In this document: one piece after another, positions 1 to 9,505 of the stretch
How the letters are laid out: each line of letters starts with the position of its first letter
Numbering within the stretch: the stretch's first letter is position 1
Assembly (NCBI RefSeq): GCF_965233445.1
Contig: NZ_OZ247491.1
Source: Hoeflea sp.
GTDB lineage: Bacteria > Pseudomonadota > Alphaproteobacteria > Rhizobiales > Rhizobiaceae
Length of the DNA: 64,000 nt
Direction: 5' to 3' (one strand)
Notes under the pieces: generated by a model
What the model saw: the letters and a program-made list of their open reading frames with translations, nothing else
Database searches by the model: none
What the model was told of the DNA's origin: nothing
Position numbers and translations under genes: made by a program

Positions 1-327
1 AATGATCTTCCCAATGTGATCTCGCAGGTGCATGCAGCCCTTGGCGGCGCCACCACACCGGTCGAGGAAACTGTCGAGAAGCCGAAGCCGGCCGTTCCTG
101 TTCGCCGCTCGATCCAGAACGATTATCTCATCTGCCTCGAGGACGGTCAGAAGTTCAAGTCGCTCAAGCGTCACCTGATGACCCATTACGGTCTGACGCC
201 GGAGCAGTACCGCGAAAAGTGGGATCTGCCCGCCGACTACCCGATGGTCGCCCCCTCCTATGCCGAGGCACGCTCGCGTCTGGCCAAGGAAATGGGTCTC
301 GGCCAGAAGCGCAAGCGCGGCAAGTAA
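1..327 (+). CDS. mucR: MucR/Ros family transcriptional regulator (5' end lies outside the window)
   Basis: The frame is open from base 1. [14 protein letters not shown]... and [44 protein letters not shown] match the Ros/MucR zinc-finger DNA-binding core. Confidence 0.85.
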   Translation, partial: NDLPNVISQVHAALGGATTPVEETVEKPKPAVPVRRSIQNDYLICLEDGQKFKSLKRHLMTHYGLTPEQYREKWDLPADYPMVAPSYAEARSRLAKEMGLGQKRKRGK

Positions 328-454
328 TCCGCGACTGCGCGCCCGATGCCGGGCGTGCGGCTGAGGTCTTGCGGTTCGATCGTCAACCCCGAACCGCCAT
401 GGCCCGCCGGACAGACCCACGGGCGATGCGCATCGAGCATTCATACTGCTTCAA

Positions 455-490
455 AAACCGTGGCCTTCGAACCGGTCACGGTTTTTTGTT
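455..490 (+). terminator. Rho-independent terminator candidate after mucR
   Basis: Stem aaccgtg/cacggtt followed by a TTTTTGTTT tract downstream of the mucR stop. Confidence 0.5.
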
Positions 491-725
491 TGTAGCCACG
501 TCACCTGGGGGCTGCATCCTGCCCCGGAACATCTCCTCGCCGGCAACCGGACCTGCCTGATACCGGCTCCTTGCCGAATTCGTGAGGAAAAAAATCCTCT
601 ATTTTCGGCCCGTCAATCCAAAAAACGCCGGAAAAACAACGTGAGGCTGTGGCCGGTGGGTGGCTGCACGTCCGCATGATCTGCATATCATGTAAGAAAA
701 TATTCCTATCAAAGGAGATTTTCGC

Positions 726-1346
726 ATGACCAGCTCAACCGCCAAGCCCGACGCCCCGTACAGGACCGCGTCCAGATCCTCGAGACCCGGCATGAAAGCT
801 GCTGCCGGGCAGGACCTCGAGGCAGGGGGGAACATGTCATCGCAGCTCTCCGGCGGCTCTGGGGTCACGGCCGATGTGCAGGACCTGGCGCTCGCCATCC
901 TTTCAGGGCCCCATCGTCTGACGGCCGCCCAGCTGATCGCCCGCCAGGGCAGCGCAGGCCGGCATGCCGCGCCAGACGCGGTTGCCGCGGTCGGTCTGTC
1001 GGGATTGGCCCAGGCCATCGACATCATGCGGTGCACGGTTGTGCTGAGGCTGGTGAGTGAACTGTTCGATGTGGCGACCGACGCAGGCGTGCCTGAAGGC
1101 GTGGCGCGCCGCAGGCCTCTGTGCCACATGCGCCAGATCGCGATGTATCTCAGCCATGTGGTGCTGTCCGTGCCCTATCAGACCATCGGGCGGAGCTTTG
1201 GCCGCGATCGCAGCACGGTGGTTCATGCCTGCGCGGTGGTCGAGGATCGTCGCGACGATCCCGGCTACGATCTTTTTGTCGAGCGTTGCGAGCGCTGCGT
1301 CAACGCGGTCTTCGCACCGGTCGGGTTCTCTCATGAAGACCGCTGA
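726..1346 (+). CDS. DnaA domain-IV-like helix-turn-helix protein (not full-length DnaA)
   Basis: SD aaaggag lies upstream of the ATG. The C-terminal RQIAMYLSHVVLSVPYQTIGRSFGRDRSTVVHACAVVEDRRDD resembles the DnaA C-terminal DNA-binding domain. Confidence 0.65.
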   Translation: MTSSTAKPDAPYRTASRSSRPGMKAAAGQDLEAGGNMSSQLSGGSGVTADVQDLALAILSGPHRLTAAQLIARQGSAGRHAAPDAVAAVGLSGLAQAIDIMRCTVVLRLVSELFDVATDAGVPEGVARRRPLCHMRQIAMYLSHVVLSVPYQTIGRSFGRDRSTVVHACAVVEDRRDDPGYDLFVERCERCVNAVFAPVGFSHEDR

Positions 1347-2187
1347 GATGCGCGCGCTTCGCAAGGCGCTGTCCGGCATGATCGGCTTTCTGGCGCGCGG
1401 TGTTGCCGAGACCGCCGGGCCCGGGACCGGACAGGGCGGGGCAGGCGGAAGTGGAACCGGTGGGCACCTTTCGGAGATCGAGCTCGTGAGGACCGATGGA
1501 GCGCGGCGCAAGGTGTCCGCGGTTGTTCTCAACGCGGCATTGGCGCGAGGGCTTGTGTCCTGCACGACCGCGCCCGCTTCCGGTTCGAAGGACCCTGTTC
1601 GCAGCTATGCGTTGACGGGCGCCGGGAGCGCGGCGCTGAGGCGGATGCTCGCAGATCCCGACAGCGCCTTTCAGCAACAGCATCGCAGGCTCCGCGTCCG
1701 AAGCGATACGGAGCACGGTTCGGTTGCCGTCAATGATCTGGAATCACCACTTGCGGCGCTGGCAAGGATCAAGGGCAGGGACGGGGACCCGTTTCTTGCG
1801 CCGGATCTGGTGGAGGCGGGCGAACGGCTGCGCGCCGATTTCACCCGTGGCCATCTCATGCCGTCGATCGGCCAAAGCTGGGAGCCGGTGCGTGCGGGCA
1901 GAACGGCCGGCGATCGATCCGGTCTGAACGATCTCACCGATGCCGCGCTGTCCGCCCGTCGCCGGGTGGAGAATGCCATTGCCGTGCTTGGCCCTGATCT
2001 CTCCGGCGTGGCGCTCGACGCCTGTTGTTTCCTGAAGAGATTGTCGCAGATCGAACGTGAGCGGCAGTGGCCGGCGCGCTCGGCCAAGCTGATGCTGCGA
2101 ACCGCGCTTGCCGCGCTCGCCAGGCATTATGCCGAGCCAGGCCGGAAGCCCGTCACGCGGCGCGCGCCGCCGCCGCATGCGCCTTGA
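1333..2187 (+). CDS. DUF6456-like protein, start overlaps the preceding gene
   Basis: ATG at 1333 overlaps the upstream stop by 14 nt. The C-terminal GPDLSGVALDACCFLKRLSQIERERQWPARSAKLMLRTALAALARHY is typical of the partner of the DnaA_C-like gene in alphaproteobacteria. The DUF number is from memory. Confidence 0.55.
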   Translation: MKTAEMRALRKALSGMIGFLARGVAETAGPGTGQGGAGGSGTGGHLSEIELVRTDGARRKVSAVVLNAALARGLVSCTTAPASGSKDPVRSYALTGAGSAALRRMLADPDSAFQQQHRRLRVRSDTEHGSVAVNDLESPLAALARIKGRDGDPFLAPDLVEAGERLRADFTRGHLMPSIGQSWEPVRAGRTAGDRSGLNDLTDAALSARRRVENAIAVLGPDLSGVALDACCFLKRLSQIERERQWPARSAKLMLRTALAALARHYAEPGRKPVTRRAPPPHAP

Positions 2188-2578
2188 TCCGCATGACCAT
2201 CGAGCGCAGTCCGTTGGCCCTTTGCGGCGAGAGATGTTCGCCAAGGCCCAACTGGGAGAGCAGCGCGCCTTCGTCGAAACTCTCCACCTCCGAAGCCTTG
2301 TGACCGGAGGTGGCGGCAAGCACCACGCCCACCAGCCCGCGCACGATATGCGCATCGGAATCGCCCCGGAAGACCATCACCGGATCGCCGCCTTCACCCG
2401 GCTCGGTCGAGGCGACGAGCCACACCTGGCTGGCGCAGCCCTTGACCTTGTTGTGTTCGGTCCGGTCCTCTTCCGGCAGGTCCGGCAAGGCCTTGCCGAT
2501 CTCGATGAGATAGCGGTAGCGGTCTTCCCAGTCGTCAAGATACTCGAAGTCGTCAATGATGGTTTGAAGCGATGCCAT
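2153..2578 (-). CDS. sufE: SufE family cysteine desulfuration protein
   Basis: MASLQTIIDDFEYLDDWEDRYRYLIEIG... and KVKGCASQVWL (active Cys motif). The start is taken at the internal ATG at 2578. Confidence 0.85.
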   Translation of the reverse strand: MASLQTIIDDFEYLDDWEDRYRYLIEIGKALPDLPEEDRTEHNKVKGCASQVWLVASTEPGEGGDPVMVFRGDSDAHIVRGLVGVVLAATSGHKASEVESFDEGALLSQLGLGEHLSPQRANGLRSMVMRIKAHAAAARAA

Positions 2579-2738
2579 GTCAGTGTCCTGTAACTGAAGC
2601 CGTATATAGGCGGAATCACCCAAAAATACACCCGCCAATGACGTCTCCCCGGCCGCGCCGCTTGCAATTCTGCGCAATCTGGGGCCCGTTCACCGCCGAC
2701 TGTCCGGGCGCAGCCCGAGAATTGGGGAGGTCATCGAA

Positions 2739-3635
2739 TTGCAGTATCCGTTCACAACCGTCGACGTGTTCACGACGCGCCGGTTCGGCGGCAATCCGCT
2801 CGCGGTCGTTCTGGAGGCCGACACGCTGGACGACACTGAGATGCAGGCGATTGCGCGCGAGTTCAACTACTCCGAAACCACCTTCGTGATGCGGCCCGTG
2901 GACGAGCGCCACACCGCCAAGGTCCGCATCTTCACGCCGGCCTGCGAGGTCCCGTTTGCAGGCCATCCCAATGTCGGCACAGCCCACGTGCTTGCCACCC
3001 GCGCCGGCGCCAGGGAAAGGCCCGAAGGTTTCGTCTTCGAGGAGGAGGCCGGACTGGTGCCTGTTTCGATAGGTTGGGACGGCGACCGGGTGCGGATTGC
3101 CGAACTGACCGCGCCTGTCTCGCTTTCGACCGGATCGCGCTTTGATGCCGAGGCGGTCGCTGCCGGCCTCTCGCTTGATGCTGCCGCGATCCGTGTGGAC
3201 TGCCACCCGCCATTGATCGTATCTGTGGGCCTGCCGTTTCTTGTAGTCGAGATCGCGAGTCGCGCAGCGCTCGCCGCGGCCAAGGTCGATATCGGCGCGC
3301 TGTCGCGGCTGTTGCCCGCCGAAGGCGCGGACGCCATCTATCTTTATTGCCGCGAACTCCGCGAGGACGATGGCGATGTCGATTTCACTGCGCGGATGTT
3401 CGCCCCGTGGGACGGCGTTGCAGAAGACCCCGCCACGGGCAGCGCCACCGGAGCCGCCTGTTCGCTGGTCGCGAGCCTCTCGCCACAGCCCCAATCGCCG
3501 CGACGGTTCTCCGTGGCCCAGGGCGTCGACATGAAGCGTCCGAGCCGTCTTGAGATCCGCACCGGCGAGCCGGACGGACGGGTGCGGATCGGCGGAAGCT
3601 GCGTGCCCGTTCTGAGCGGCTTCATCGAAGTCTGA
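2739..3635 (+). CDS. PhzF family isomerase-like protein
   Basis: N-terminal FTTVDVFTTRRFGGNPLAVV and central ETTFV motifs are typical of the PhzF family. Length is 298 aa. Confidence 0.8.
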   Translation: MQYPFTTVDVFTTRRFGGNPLAVVLEADTLDDTEMQAIAREFNYSETTFVMRPVDERHTAKVRIFTPACEVPFAGHPNVGTAHVLATRAGARERPEGFVFEEEAGLVPVSIGWDGDRVRIAELTAPVSLSTGSRFDAEAVAAGLSLDAAAIRVDCHPPLIVSVGLPFLVVEIASRAALAAAKVDIGALSRLLPAEGADAIYLYCRELREDDGDVDFTARMFAPWDGVAEDPATGSATGAACSLVASLSPQPQSPRRFSVAQGVDMKRPSRLEIRTGEPDGRVRIGGSCVPVLSGFIEV

Positions 3636-3650
3636 GCGCTTTCCGCCGTC

Positions 3651-3885
3651 GGGCCCAAAAAAGAAAACGCCGCCTGCGAGGAAGGGCTGTTGCCGGCTGC
3701 CCGGCCCCTCAGGGCCAGAAAAAAAAGCGCCGCCGGGAGGAAGGGCCGTTCCCGGCTGCCCGGCCCCTCGGGGCCAGAAAAAGAAAGCGCCGCCGGGAGG
3801 AAGGGCCGTTCCCGGCTGCCCGGCCCCTCAGGGCCAGAAAAAGAAAGCGCCGCCGGGAGGAAGGGCTGTTCCCGGCGGCGGCGCG
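3651..3885. repeat. About 60-bp tandem repeat, about 4 copies, ending in a terminator hairpin
   Basis: Copies begin at 3651, 3712, 3771 and 3831 (GGGCCAGAAAAAGAAAGCGCCGCCGGGAGGAAGGGCCGTTCCCGGCTGCCCGGCCCCTCA). The last copy forms the perfect hairpin GCGCCGCCGGGA...TCCCGGCGGCGGCGC. Confidence 0.9.
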
Positions 3886-3978
3886 TCAAACGCGACTTGA
3901 GTTGGCAGTTGTAAGCATCATGCGTCTTCGGGCGGGTGTTCATGTCCTCGCCGCCCGTGGCGAGGGCAGGCTGTCTAT

Positions 3979-4320
3979 CTAGTTGGTGGCGGTCTCGCCG
4001 GCATCGTCGGGCAGGGAGCCCGTCACGATGCCGTCTTCGGCGCCGGCAAACTTGGAATCGAGGAATTCGTAGGCGATGCGCGCGCCTTCCCTGGCGCGGA
4101 TGCCGAGCGCGGCAAAGGTCTCGCCGCCGGTCTCGCAGACTTCCGGCTTGCGCACGCAGATCTGGCGGATGTCGTCAAACGCCTCCATGGCGGCAGCCAT
4201 GCTCTGGCCCACTTCGAGCGGCGGCGCGTTCTCGAGTGCATCGCGGGATTCGCCGCTGAACAGCGGCAAGGCGATCAGCACAAGTGAAAACCAGAAACTT
4301 CCCTTGATCAGAAACCACAT
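3979..4320 (-). CDS. Small membrane-anchored protein (DUF5330-like)
   Basis: N-terminal TM segment MWFLIKGSFWFSLVLIALPLF. On the minus strand the hairpin plus T-tract in the last 60-bp repeat copy lies just downstream. The DUF number is from memory. Confidence 0.5.
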   Translation of the reverse strand: MWFLIKGSFWFSLVLIALPLFSGESRDALENAPPLEVGQSMAAAMEAFDDIRQICVRKPEVCETGGETFAALGIRAREGARIAYEFLDSKFAGAEDGIVTGSLPDDAGETATN

Positions 4321-4717
4321 TGTTGAGCCCTTCCTGTTGTCCGCCATTCAACGGCGGCGTGCCCGGTTTGTCCCGAACTTGAACAGCACATTGCCGGAAA
4401 TCCTTCAAAGCCGGCTTGAAACCGGTGTGCGTTTTTGAGCCAAATTTGTCGAAAATTTTAATGATCCCGCTTTTGCGCCGTTCCGGACGCGTCTTGTTCA
4501 CCGCTCTCGTCGATGCGTCCTGCAAAGTCTGTGAACGGTGCGCCAACCGTTCCTTAACCATGATCGCCAAAGCCGGGCGAAATTGCGGTCAAGGAGGCCG
4601 AATTCTGGGCTCACAGCGCCCTCCGGGGCGGCTCTTTATTCTTTCCTTAAGCCGCCACTGACAGAATTGCTCAAACAAGAAACAACTGCGGCGCGTACGG
4701 ATTCGGCAGTGAAAACA

Positions 4718-6628
4718 ATGGAAATTCACTTTGACAGGGTGGTTGAGGCAGGACGGCAGATCGCCGGGTCCTGGCTTGAGTCCACGGATGCGGCAGGCGC
4801 CGCCCATCAGCGCCGGGTTGCCTTCATGGCATCGTGCCTGTCGGGCGCGATCCTGGCGCCGATGATCCTGTTCCCCGCCCTTGCCGCAAGCTTTGAATGG
4901 TCCCATGCGCTGGCGATCGCGTTCTGCGTTGCCGCGCTTCCCGTGGCCGTCGCCAGCATCCTGGCGGCAACCGGAAGTCTGCGTCTTGCCGCAGGCCTGG
5001 CACTCGGCGGCGCTTCGGTGACTCTACTGGCCCTGCCGGCCCTGAGCGGCGGGTTTTCATCCCCGCTGTTGCCGCTGATAGCGCTTCTGCCTCTGGAAGC
5101 TGCCGCGCTGTCCAGGTCGCGGGCAGGGCTTGCCGCCGGACTGGTCAGCGCCCTGGCCGTGTTGCTTGCGATTGCCGCGATCGATGGGTTTTCTTCCGGT
5201 CCGGCACTCTCCGGCAGCGGAGGCCTGGCGGCAGTTGCGTCATTGATGCTCTACGGGCTCTTGCGCGGCGGATTTCACGCTTTCGGCGCCGGATCGACCG
5301 GCGTTTCCGGCAACACGGAAGCCGCCGTCAGGGACATGCCGGGCGCGAACCCGACCCACCACGCCTCTGCCTTGCAGCCGAAGCCGGCTGATATGGACAG
5401 TGCCGCGATCCTCAACCGCATGCCGGGCCTGATCACCCGTCACAATGCGCAGGGCGATGTGGTCGGCATCTGGGGCGAAGACAGCGCCGATATTCTGTCG
5501 CGCATCGGGGAGATCGAGCGCAGGGGCTTCGTCAACCGCATTCACGTGGCCGACCGGATCGCCTTTCTCGATGCGTTTGATGCGCTGCGGCGTGGCGAGA
5601 CGCGCCGCCGCGAAGTCGAAATCCGGTTCGAACGGAGCGACGTTGCGGGCGTGTTTGTCCACGCCGCCGTTTCGCTGTCTGCCGAGCGCGCGCCGGACGG
5701 AACATTTGCCGGCGCACTGGTGCAGAGCAGGGACATCTCGAATCGTGTCGCCGGCCAGTTGAAGGCCGCGGCAGACGCCGAGGAGGCTGAAACCGCCAAC
5801 GCCGCCAAGACCCGCTTTCTGGCCGCCGTCAGCCACGAGCTGCGCACCCCGCTCAACGCCATCATCGGCTTTTCGGACATTCTCGCGCGCGAGTATTTCG
5901 GCGCCTTCAGCAATGACCGCCAGCGCGAATATGTCGAGCTTATCCACCAGTCCGGCGAGCACCTTCTCGCCGTGGTCAACACCATGCTCGACATGTCCAA
6001 GATCGAATCCGGACGCTACGAGGTCTTCGTCGAGTCCTTCCCGCTGTGCGAAGTTGTCGACGGCTGCGACGCCATGCTCAAGCTTCAGGCCTCAAAGCGC
6101 GGTGTCGCGCTGACCCGCAGGCTTGCACCCGGCGTGGGCGATGTCGTTGCCGACCGTCGTGCGATCCAGCAGATCCTCATCAACCTGGTCGGCAACGCGA
6201 TCAAGTTCACCGAAGAGGGCGGCGTCATCAATGTCGACGCGGAAATTCGCGGCGGCGACCTGGTGCTCAGCGTCAGCGACACCGGTGTGGGAATTCCCGC
6301 CGGGAAGCTCGCGCATATCGGCCAGCCCTTTGTGCAGGCGCAGAGCGGGCTCTCGCGCACTTACGAGGGCACGGGCCTCGGCCTGTCGCTGGTCAAGGGC
6401 CTCGTCGATCTTCACGGCGGCGACTTCGCCATCGAGAGCCGGGAAGGGCACGGCACCGTCGTGACGATCACGATCCCGGTCGATGGCTCGCGCGCCAATT
6501 CACACGTCTCCGCGGACGAGGCCGATGCCGGCGCCCCGGTGGCGTTCCCGCCGGTTCTGCCGAGGGCGGACCGGTCGCAGGACCAAAGCAGGAAAGAGAC
6601 CCATGCCAAGACAGCGCTCAGCGCCTGA
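4718..6628 (+). CDS. Membrane PAS-domain sensor histidine kinase (PleC/DivJ/PdhS-type HisKA-HATPase)
   Basis: H-box SHELRTPLNAIIGFSDIL, N-box LINLVGNAIKFT and G-boxes DTGVGI / GTGLGLS. Hydrophobic N-terminal half. Start chosen at the ATG at 4718. Confidence 0.8.
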   Translation: MEIHFDRVVEAGRQIAGSWLESTDAAGAAHQRRVAFMASCLSGAILAPMILFPALAASFEWSHALAIAFCVAALPVAVASILAATGSLRLAAGLALGGASVTLLALPALSGGFSSPLLPLIALLPLEAAALSRSRAGLAAGLVSALAVLLAIAAIDGFSSGPALSGSGGLAAVASLMLYGLLRGGFHAFGAGSTGVSGNTEAAVRDMPGANPTHHASALQPKPADMDSAAILNRMPGLITRHNAQGDVVGIWGEDSADILSRIGEIERRGFVNRIHVADRIAFLDAFDALRRGETRRREVEIRFERSDVAGVFVHAAVSLSAERAPDGTFAGALVQSRDISNRVAGQLKAAADAEEAETANAAKTRFLAAVSHELRTPLNAIIGFSDILAREYFGAFSNDRQREYVELIHQSGEHLLAVVNTMLDMSKIESGRYEVFVESFPLCEVVDGCDAMLKLQASKRGVALTRRLAPGVGDVVADRRAIQQILINLVGNAIKFTEEGGVINVDAEIRGGDLVLSVSDTGVGIPAGKLAHIGQPFVQAQSGLSRTYEGTGLGLSLVKGLVDLHGGDFAIESREGHGTVVTITIPVDGSRANSHVSADEADAGAPVAFPPVLPRADRSQDQSRKETHAKTALSA

Positions 6629-7643
6629 TTTGTATGATGCGGACCAGTTCGAAGGCGGCGGCGTGCTCGGCGCCCTCGGGCGCATGGTTTCCGCCCATCC
6701 GTCGCTTGCAGGCGGCACGGTCGCCTTCACGGTGATCTTCAGCTTCATCGCCTCCAATGCGCTGTGGAGCCAGCCCGGCCGCCATCCCGCTCCCATCCTC
6801 AAGACCAGAGACGTGGCCGGACCCGCCGCGCGCGCGCTCACCGAAGCGCCCGCAGCGCCTGCAACGCCGGCGCTTGATGCCGCCGTGCCGATGTTCGGGG
6901 ATGTTCCGGCGCGCACTGTCAGGACGTTCCGAATCGAGCGCAGCGACGACACACCGACGGCTTCGATCCCGGTGCCGAACCCGACACCGGTGACACTGTC
7001 TTCTCCTGCCGCCCGTCCGGATGCGCGGGCTTCGGCGCCAGCCCCGGCTCCGGTGGCAGCGGCTGAACCTCAGCCCGTACCCAGGGCCGATCCGGTTCTG
7101 GTGCGCATGCAGGAAATCCTCGCCCGCAAGGGGCTCTATTCCGGCGAGATTGACGGTCTCATGGGGCCGAAATCCGCCGCAGCGATCCGCGCCTGGGAGA
7201 AAGCCAACGGCTATGTGCAGACCGGCGAGGCAAGCCCCGGCCTGCTGGCGGTGATGCAGACACCGGTGCAGGTTCCCGAACCCGCTCCGGTTCAGGTCCA
7301 GAGCCCGCCCGCAGCCGTGCCGGCGCCGCCGGTGGAAACCGCGGCACTCGACGCCGTGCCGGTTCCCAGACCCCAGTCGCAGCCCGTGACAGTGCCTGCC
7401 GCGGGAATCGAATCCGCAGCCCCGCCGGAATCGGCGCCGGTGTTTCCGGAAGCCAGCGAACTTGTTCGAAAGATCCAGTCGGGGCTGTCCAACATCGCCT
7501 ATGCCGACATTGCCGTTGACGGCGTGCCCGGCGCTCAGACCAAATCCGCCATCAGGGCGTTTGAAAAGCACTACCGGCTGCCCGTGACCGGAGAGCCCAA
7601 CCAGGCGGTTCTGGACAAGCTCCTGGAAATCGGCGCGCTTTGA
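6603..7643 (+). CDS. Membrane-anchored protein with two peptidoglycan-binding (PG_binding_1-like) repeats
   Basis: The repeats are LYSGEIDGLMGPKSAAAIRAWEKANGYVQTGE and DIAVDGVPGAQTKSAIRAFEKHYRLPVTGE. There is an N-terminal TM segment and a Pro/Ala-rich linker. Confidence 0.7.
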   Translation: MPRQRSAPDLYDADQFEGGGVLGALGRMVSAHPSLAGGTVAFTVIFSFIASNALWSQPGRHPAPILKTRDVAGPAARALTEAPAAPATPALDAAVPMFGDVPARTVRTFRIERSDDTPTASIPVPNPTPVTLSSPAARPDARASAPAPAPVAAAEPQPVPRADPVLVRMQEILARKGLYSGEIDGLMGPKSAAAIRAWEKANGYVQTGEASPGLLAVMQTPVQVPEPAPVQVQSPPAAVPAPPVETAALDAVPVPRPQSQPVTVPAAGIESAAPPESAPVFPEASELVRKIQSGLSNIAYADIAVDGVPGAQTKSAIRAFEKHYRLPVTGEPNQAVLDKLLEIGAL

Positions 7644-7722
7644 CGGCGGCGCACGGTCATCCCGGTTCAGCGCAAGAGGCCGACGGCCATGCCCGGTCTC
7701 CCTGCTCCGTGAGGGTGGGGAC

Positions 7723-8064
7723 ATGAGGCTGAAAGCCGGTATTTTTGTCGCGGCCCTGGTTCGCCGCGTGTTCTCAGATGGCGGCATGGCGGCCATCGAG
7801 CGGCGCGGTGCGGAGGAGGCCGGCGCGATCCTCGTCCGCATCCGGCATCGCGATGGTCTCGAAAGTCTGGCAGCGCCAGCGCCCCAGACCGCCTTTGACA
7901 CCGCCAAGCCCGACGCCCGTCTCTTCGAGTGGCGCAAGCTCCGTGTCGAGGGGCGCGTCGTCGACGAGGCCATTGCCGGCGAAGCCCGATTCGACCCGGA
8001 CATCTGGGTGGTGGAGCTCGAGACAGACAGTCCCGAGACCTACCTGGACATCGCAACATCCTGA
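7723..8064 (+). CDS. DUF1491 family protein
   Basis: MRLKAGIFVAALVRRVFSDGGMAAIERRGAEEAGAILV is characteristic of this small alphaproteobacterial family (from memory). Confidence 0.6.
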   Translation: MRLKAGIFVAALVRRVFSDGGMAAIERRGAEEAGAILVRIRHRDGLESLAAPAPQTAFDTAKPDARLFEWRKLRVEGRVVDEAIAGEARFDPDIWVVELETDSPETYLDIATS

Positions 8065-8162
8065 AAGAAGAACGCAATCCCGGCGGATGTTCCCGCCGGT
8101 CGGCGGCAAAGCCGGCTGAGCGAAGCTGACGAGTGTCTTCCGGCGTATCGAAGCGTCAGCGC

Positions 8163-9395
8163 CTAGCCGGTCTTGCGGTTCATGCTCGTGCGAATTGCCT
8201 CGCGCGTCGCCCTGCTCTCCGGCGGGTCGCGGCGCACCGGCTTGTCGTCGGCGAGGGCGGGGACATGGACCGCTTCGCCCGAGGTGTACCGGTCCGCCCG
8301 CCGCCATGCGGACAGCCGCTCGGTGCAGATGTTCGGGTCGAGATCGTTGATCAGGTCGCTTGCCTGCGTGTGGCGCTTGGACGGCGCGGACAGATGCGGG
8401 AAAAAGCTTTCGAGCGCAGCCCGGGTCGTCGTTTCGGGGGTGCCGAGCGCGATCAGCGCCGTTGCAAGCTGGCGTCCGGACAGATCCATCATGATGCGTT
8501 CGGCAAGCGCGTAGCTCGTGTCCATGGCGTCGGCGAGTGCCGTGGCAAACCAGCTTTCGTGATCCGGCTTCGCAAAGCGCGCCAGCTGATTGAGCCTGGC
8601 GTCGGCAAGCCGCTTCATGGTGGCGGCAGATGCCCGGGGGCGGTCCTTTTTCGGTGCGGGCGTTTGGTCCCGGGCAATCCGCTTGACGTGATCGACAAGG
8701 CTTTCGCCCTTGTGGCGAACCGGGCTCGAGGGCCGGTTCAGCGGAGCGGCGGGGGCCGGCGACGGTGCGTGCAGTGCGAGCGCGCGGAGCTGCTCGCGCA
8801 ATTGTTCGCTGGGGTCGAGCGGCGGCGTCTCGACCGTCCGGCGTTCGGCATTGGTGACGCGCTCGATCCGGCTTTCGAACTTCCGGGAGGTCTGCTTGGC
8901 CGGATCCGGGATCAGGCCGCGAAGAACCAGCAGCCCCTCGACGGACGGGTCTTCGAGCGCCCGCAAGGCCGAAATCGCCTGCGGCGACAGGTCCGACCGC
9001 CGCGCCGCGGCGCGCGCATGCGGTGCGCCATTCCTTGCAACCGCTCTTGTCAGCGCGGTTTCCTTCAGGCCCGGATAATGGGCAATGAAGGGTGCCGCGA
9101 CTTCGATCGGCTGATTGACGAGGATTTCGGCGACGTCATCGGGCACGCGCGGCAGCCGCGAAAGGGCAGCAGCCGCCGTCCGGCGGGTATGCGGCGAGGC
9201 GGCCTCGAACATCGGCAGAAACAGTTTGGAAAACCGCGCCAGATCCTGGCGGCTGGGGCGGTCGAGATACTCGAGGCCGCTGATTGCGGCCATCAGGACC
9301 GCATCCTTGCGATGGGTCGATTCGGGCCGCTCGAGATCACGGAAACTGTCGGACACGGGAACACCTGACTGGTACGCTACAGAAACTTTGCTCAA
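8163..9395 (-). CDS. DUF2336 domain protein
   Basis: 410-aa ORF with coding-like composition. Its size and repeat-like helical content fit DUF2336. The opposite-strand ORF 8133-9368 looks like a GC shadow. Confidence 0.55.
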   Translation of the reverse strand: MSKVSVAYQSGVPVSDSFRDLERPESTHRKDAVLMAAISGLEYLDRPSRQDLARFSKLFLPMFEAASPHTRRTAAAALSRLPRVPDDVAEILVNQPIEVAAPFIAHYPGLKETALTRAVARNGAPHARAAARRSDLSPQAISALRALEDPSVEGLLVLRGLIPDPAKQTSRKFESRIERVTNAERRTVETPPLDPSEQLREQLRALALHAPSPAPAAPLNRPSSPVRHKGESLVDHVKRIARDQTPAPKKDRPRASAATMKRLADARLNQLARFAKPDHESWFATALADAMDTSYALAERIMMDLSGRQLATALIALGTPETTTRAALESFFPHLSAPSKRHTQASDLINDLDPNICTERLSAWRRADRYTSGEAVHVPALADDKPVRRDPPESRATREAIRTSMNRKTG

Positions 9396-9505
9396 CTTAT
9401 CGCCAAACCGTTAGCAAGCTGTTAACCAAAGTTGGGCTTGATGACTGGCAAGCAAGGAGAAGACTGTCGAGCGTATTTCCTGTTCCACGATGTTGGAGAG
9501 AAGAA

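Noticed and set aside
3651-3885. Possible CRISPR array
   Set aside because: The copies are directly adjacent with no unique spacers, and there are no cas genes in the window. It is a tandem repeat, not a CRISPR array.
3344-3943. 199-aa minus-strand ORF (and the 74-aa plus-strand ORF) with repeated peptide ERPFLPAALSFSGPEGPGSR
   Set aside because: The peptide repeat is simply the translation of the 60-bp tandem DNA repeat. No start context supports it, and the ORF overlaps the phzF-like gene 3' end.
8133-9368. 411-aa ORF on the + strand
   Set aside because: It is the mirror of the DUF2336-like gene on the minus strand. Its composition is Arg/Gly-rich and not protein-like.
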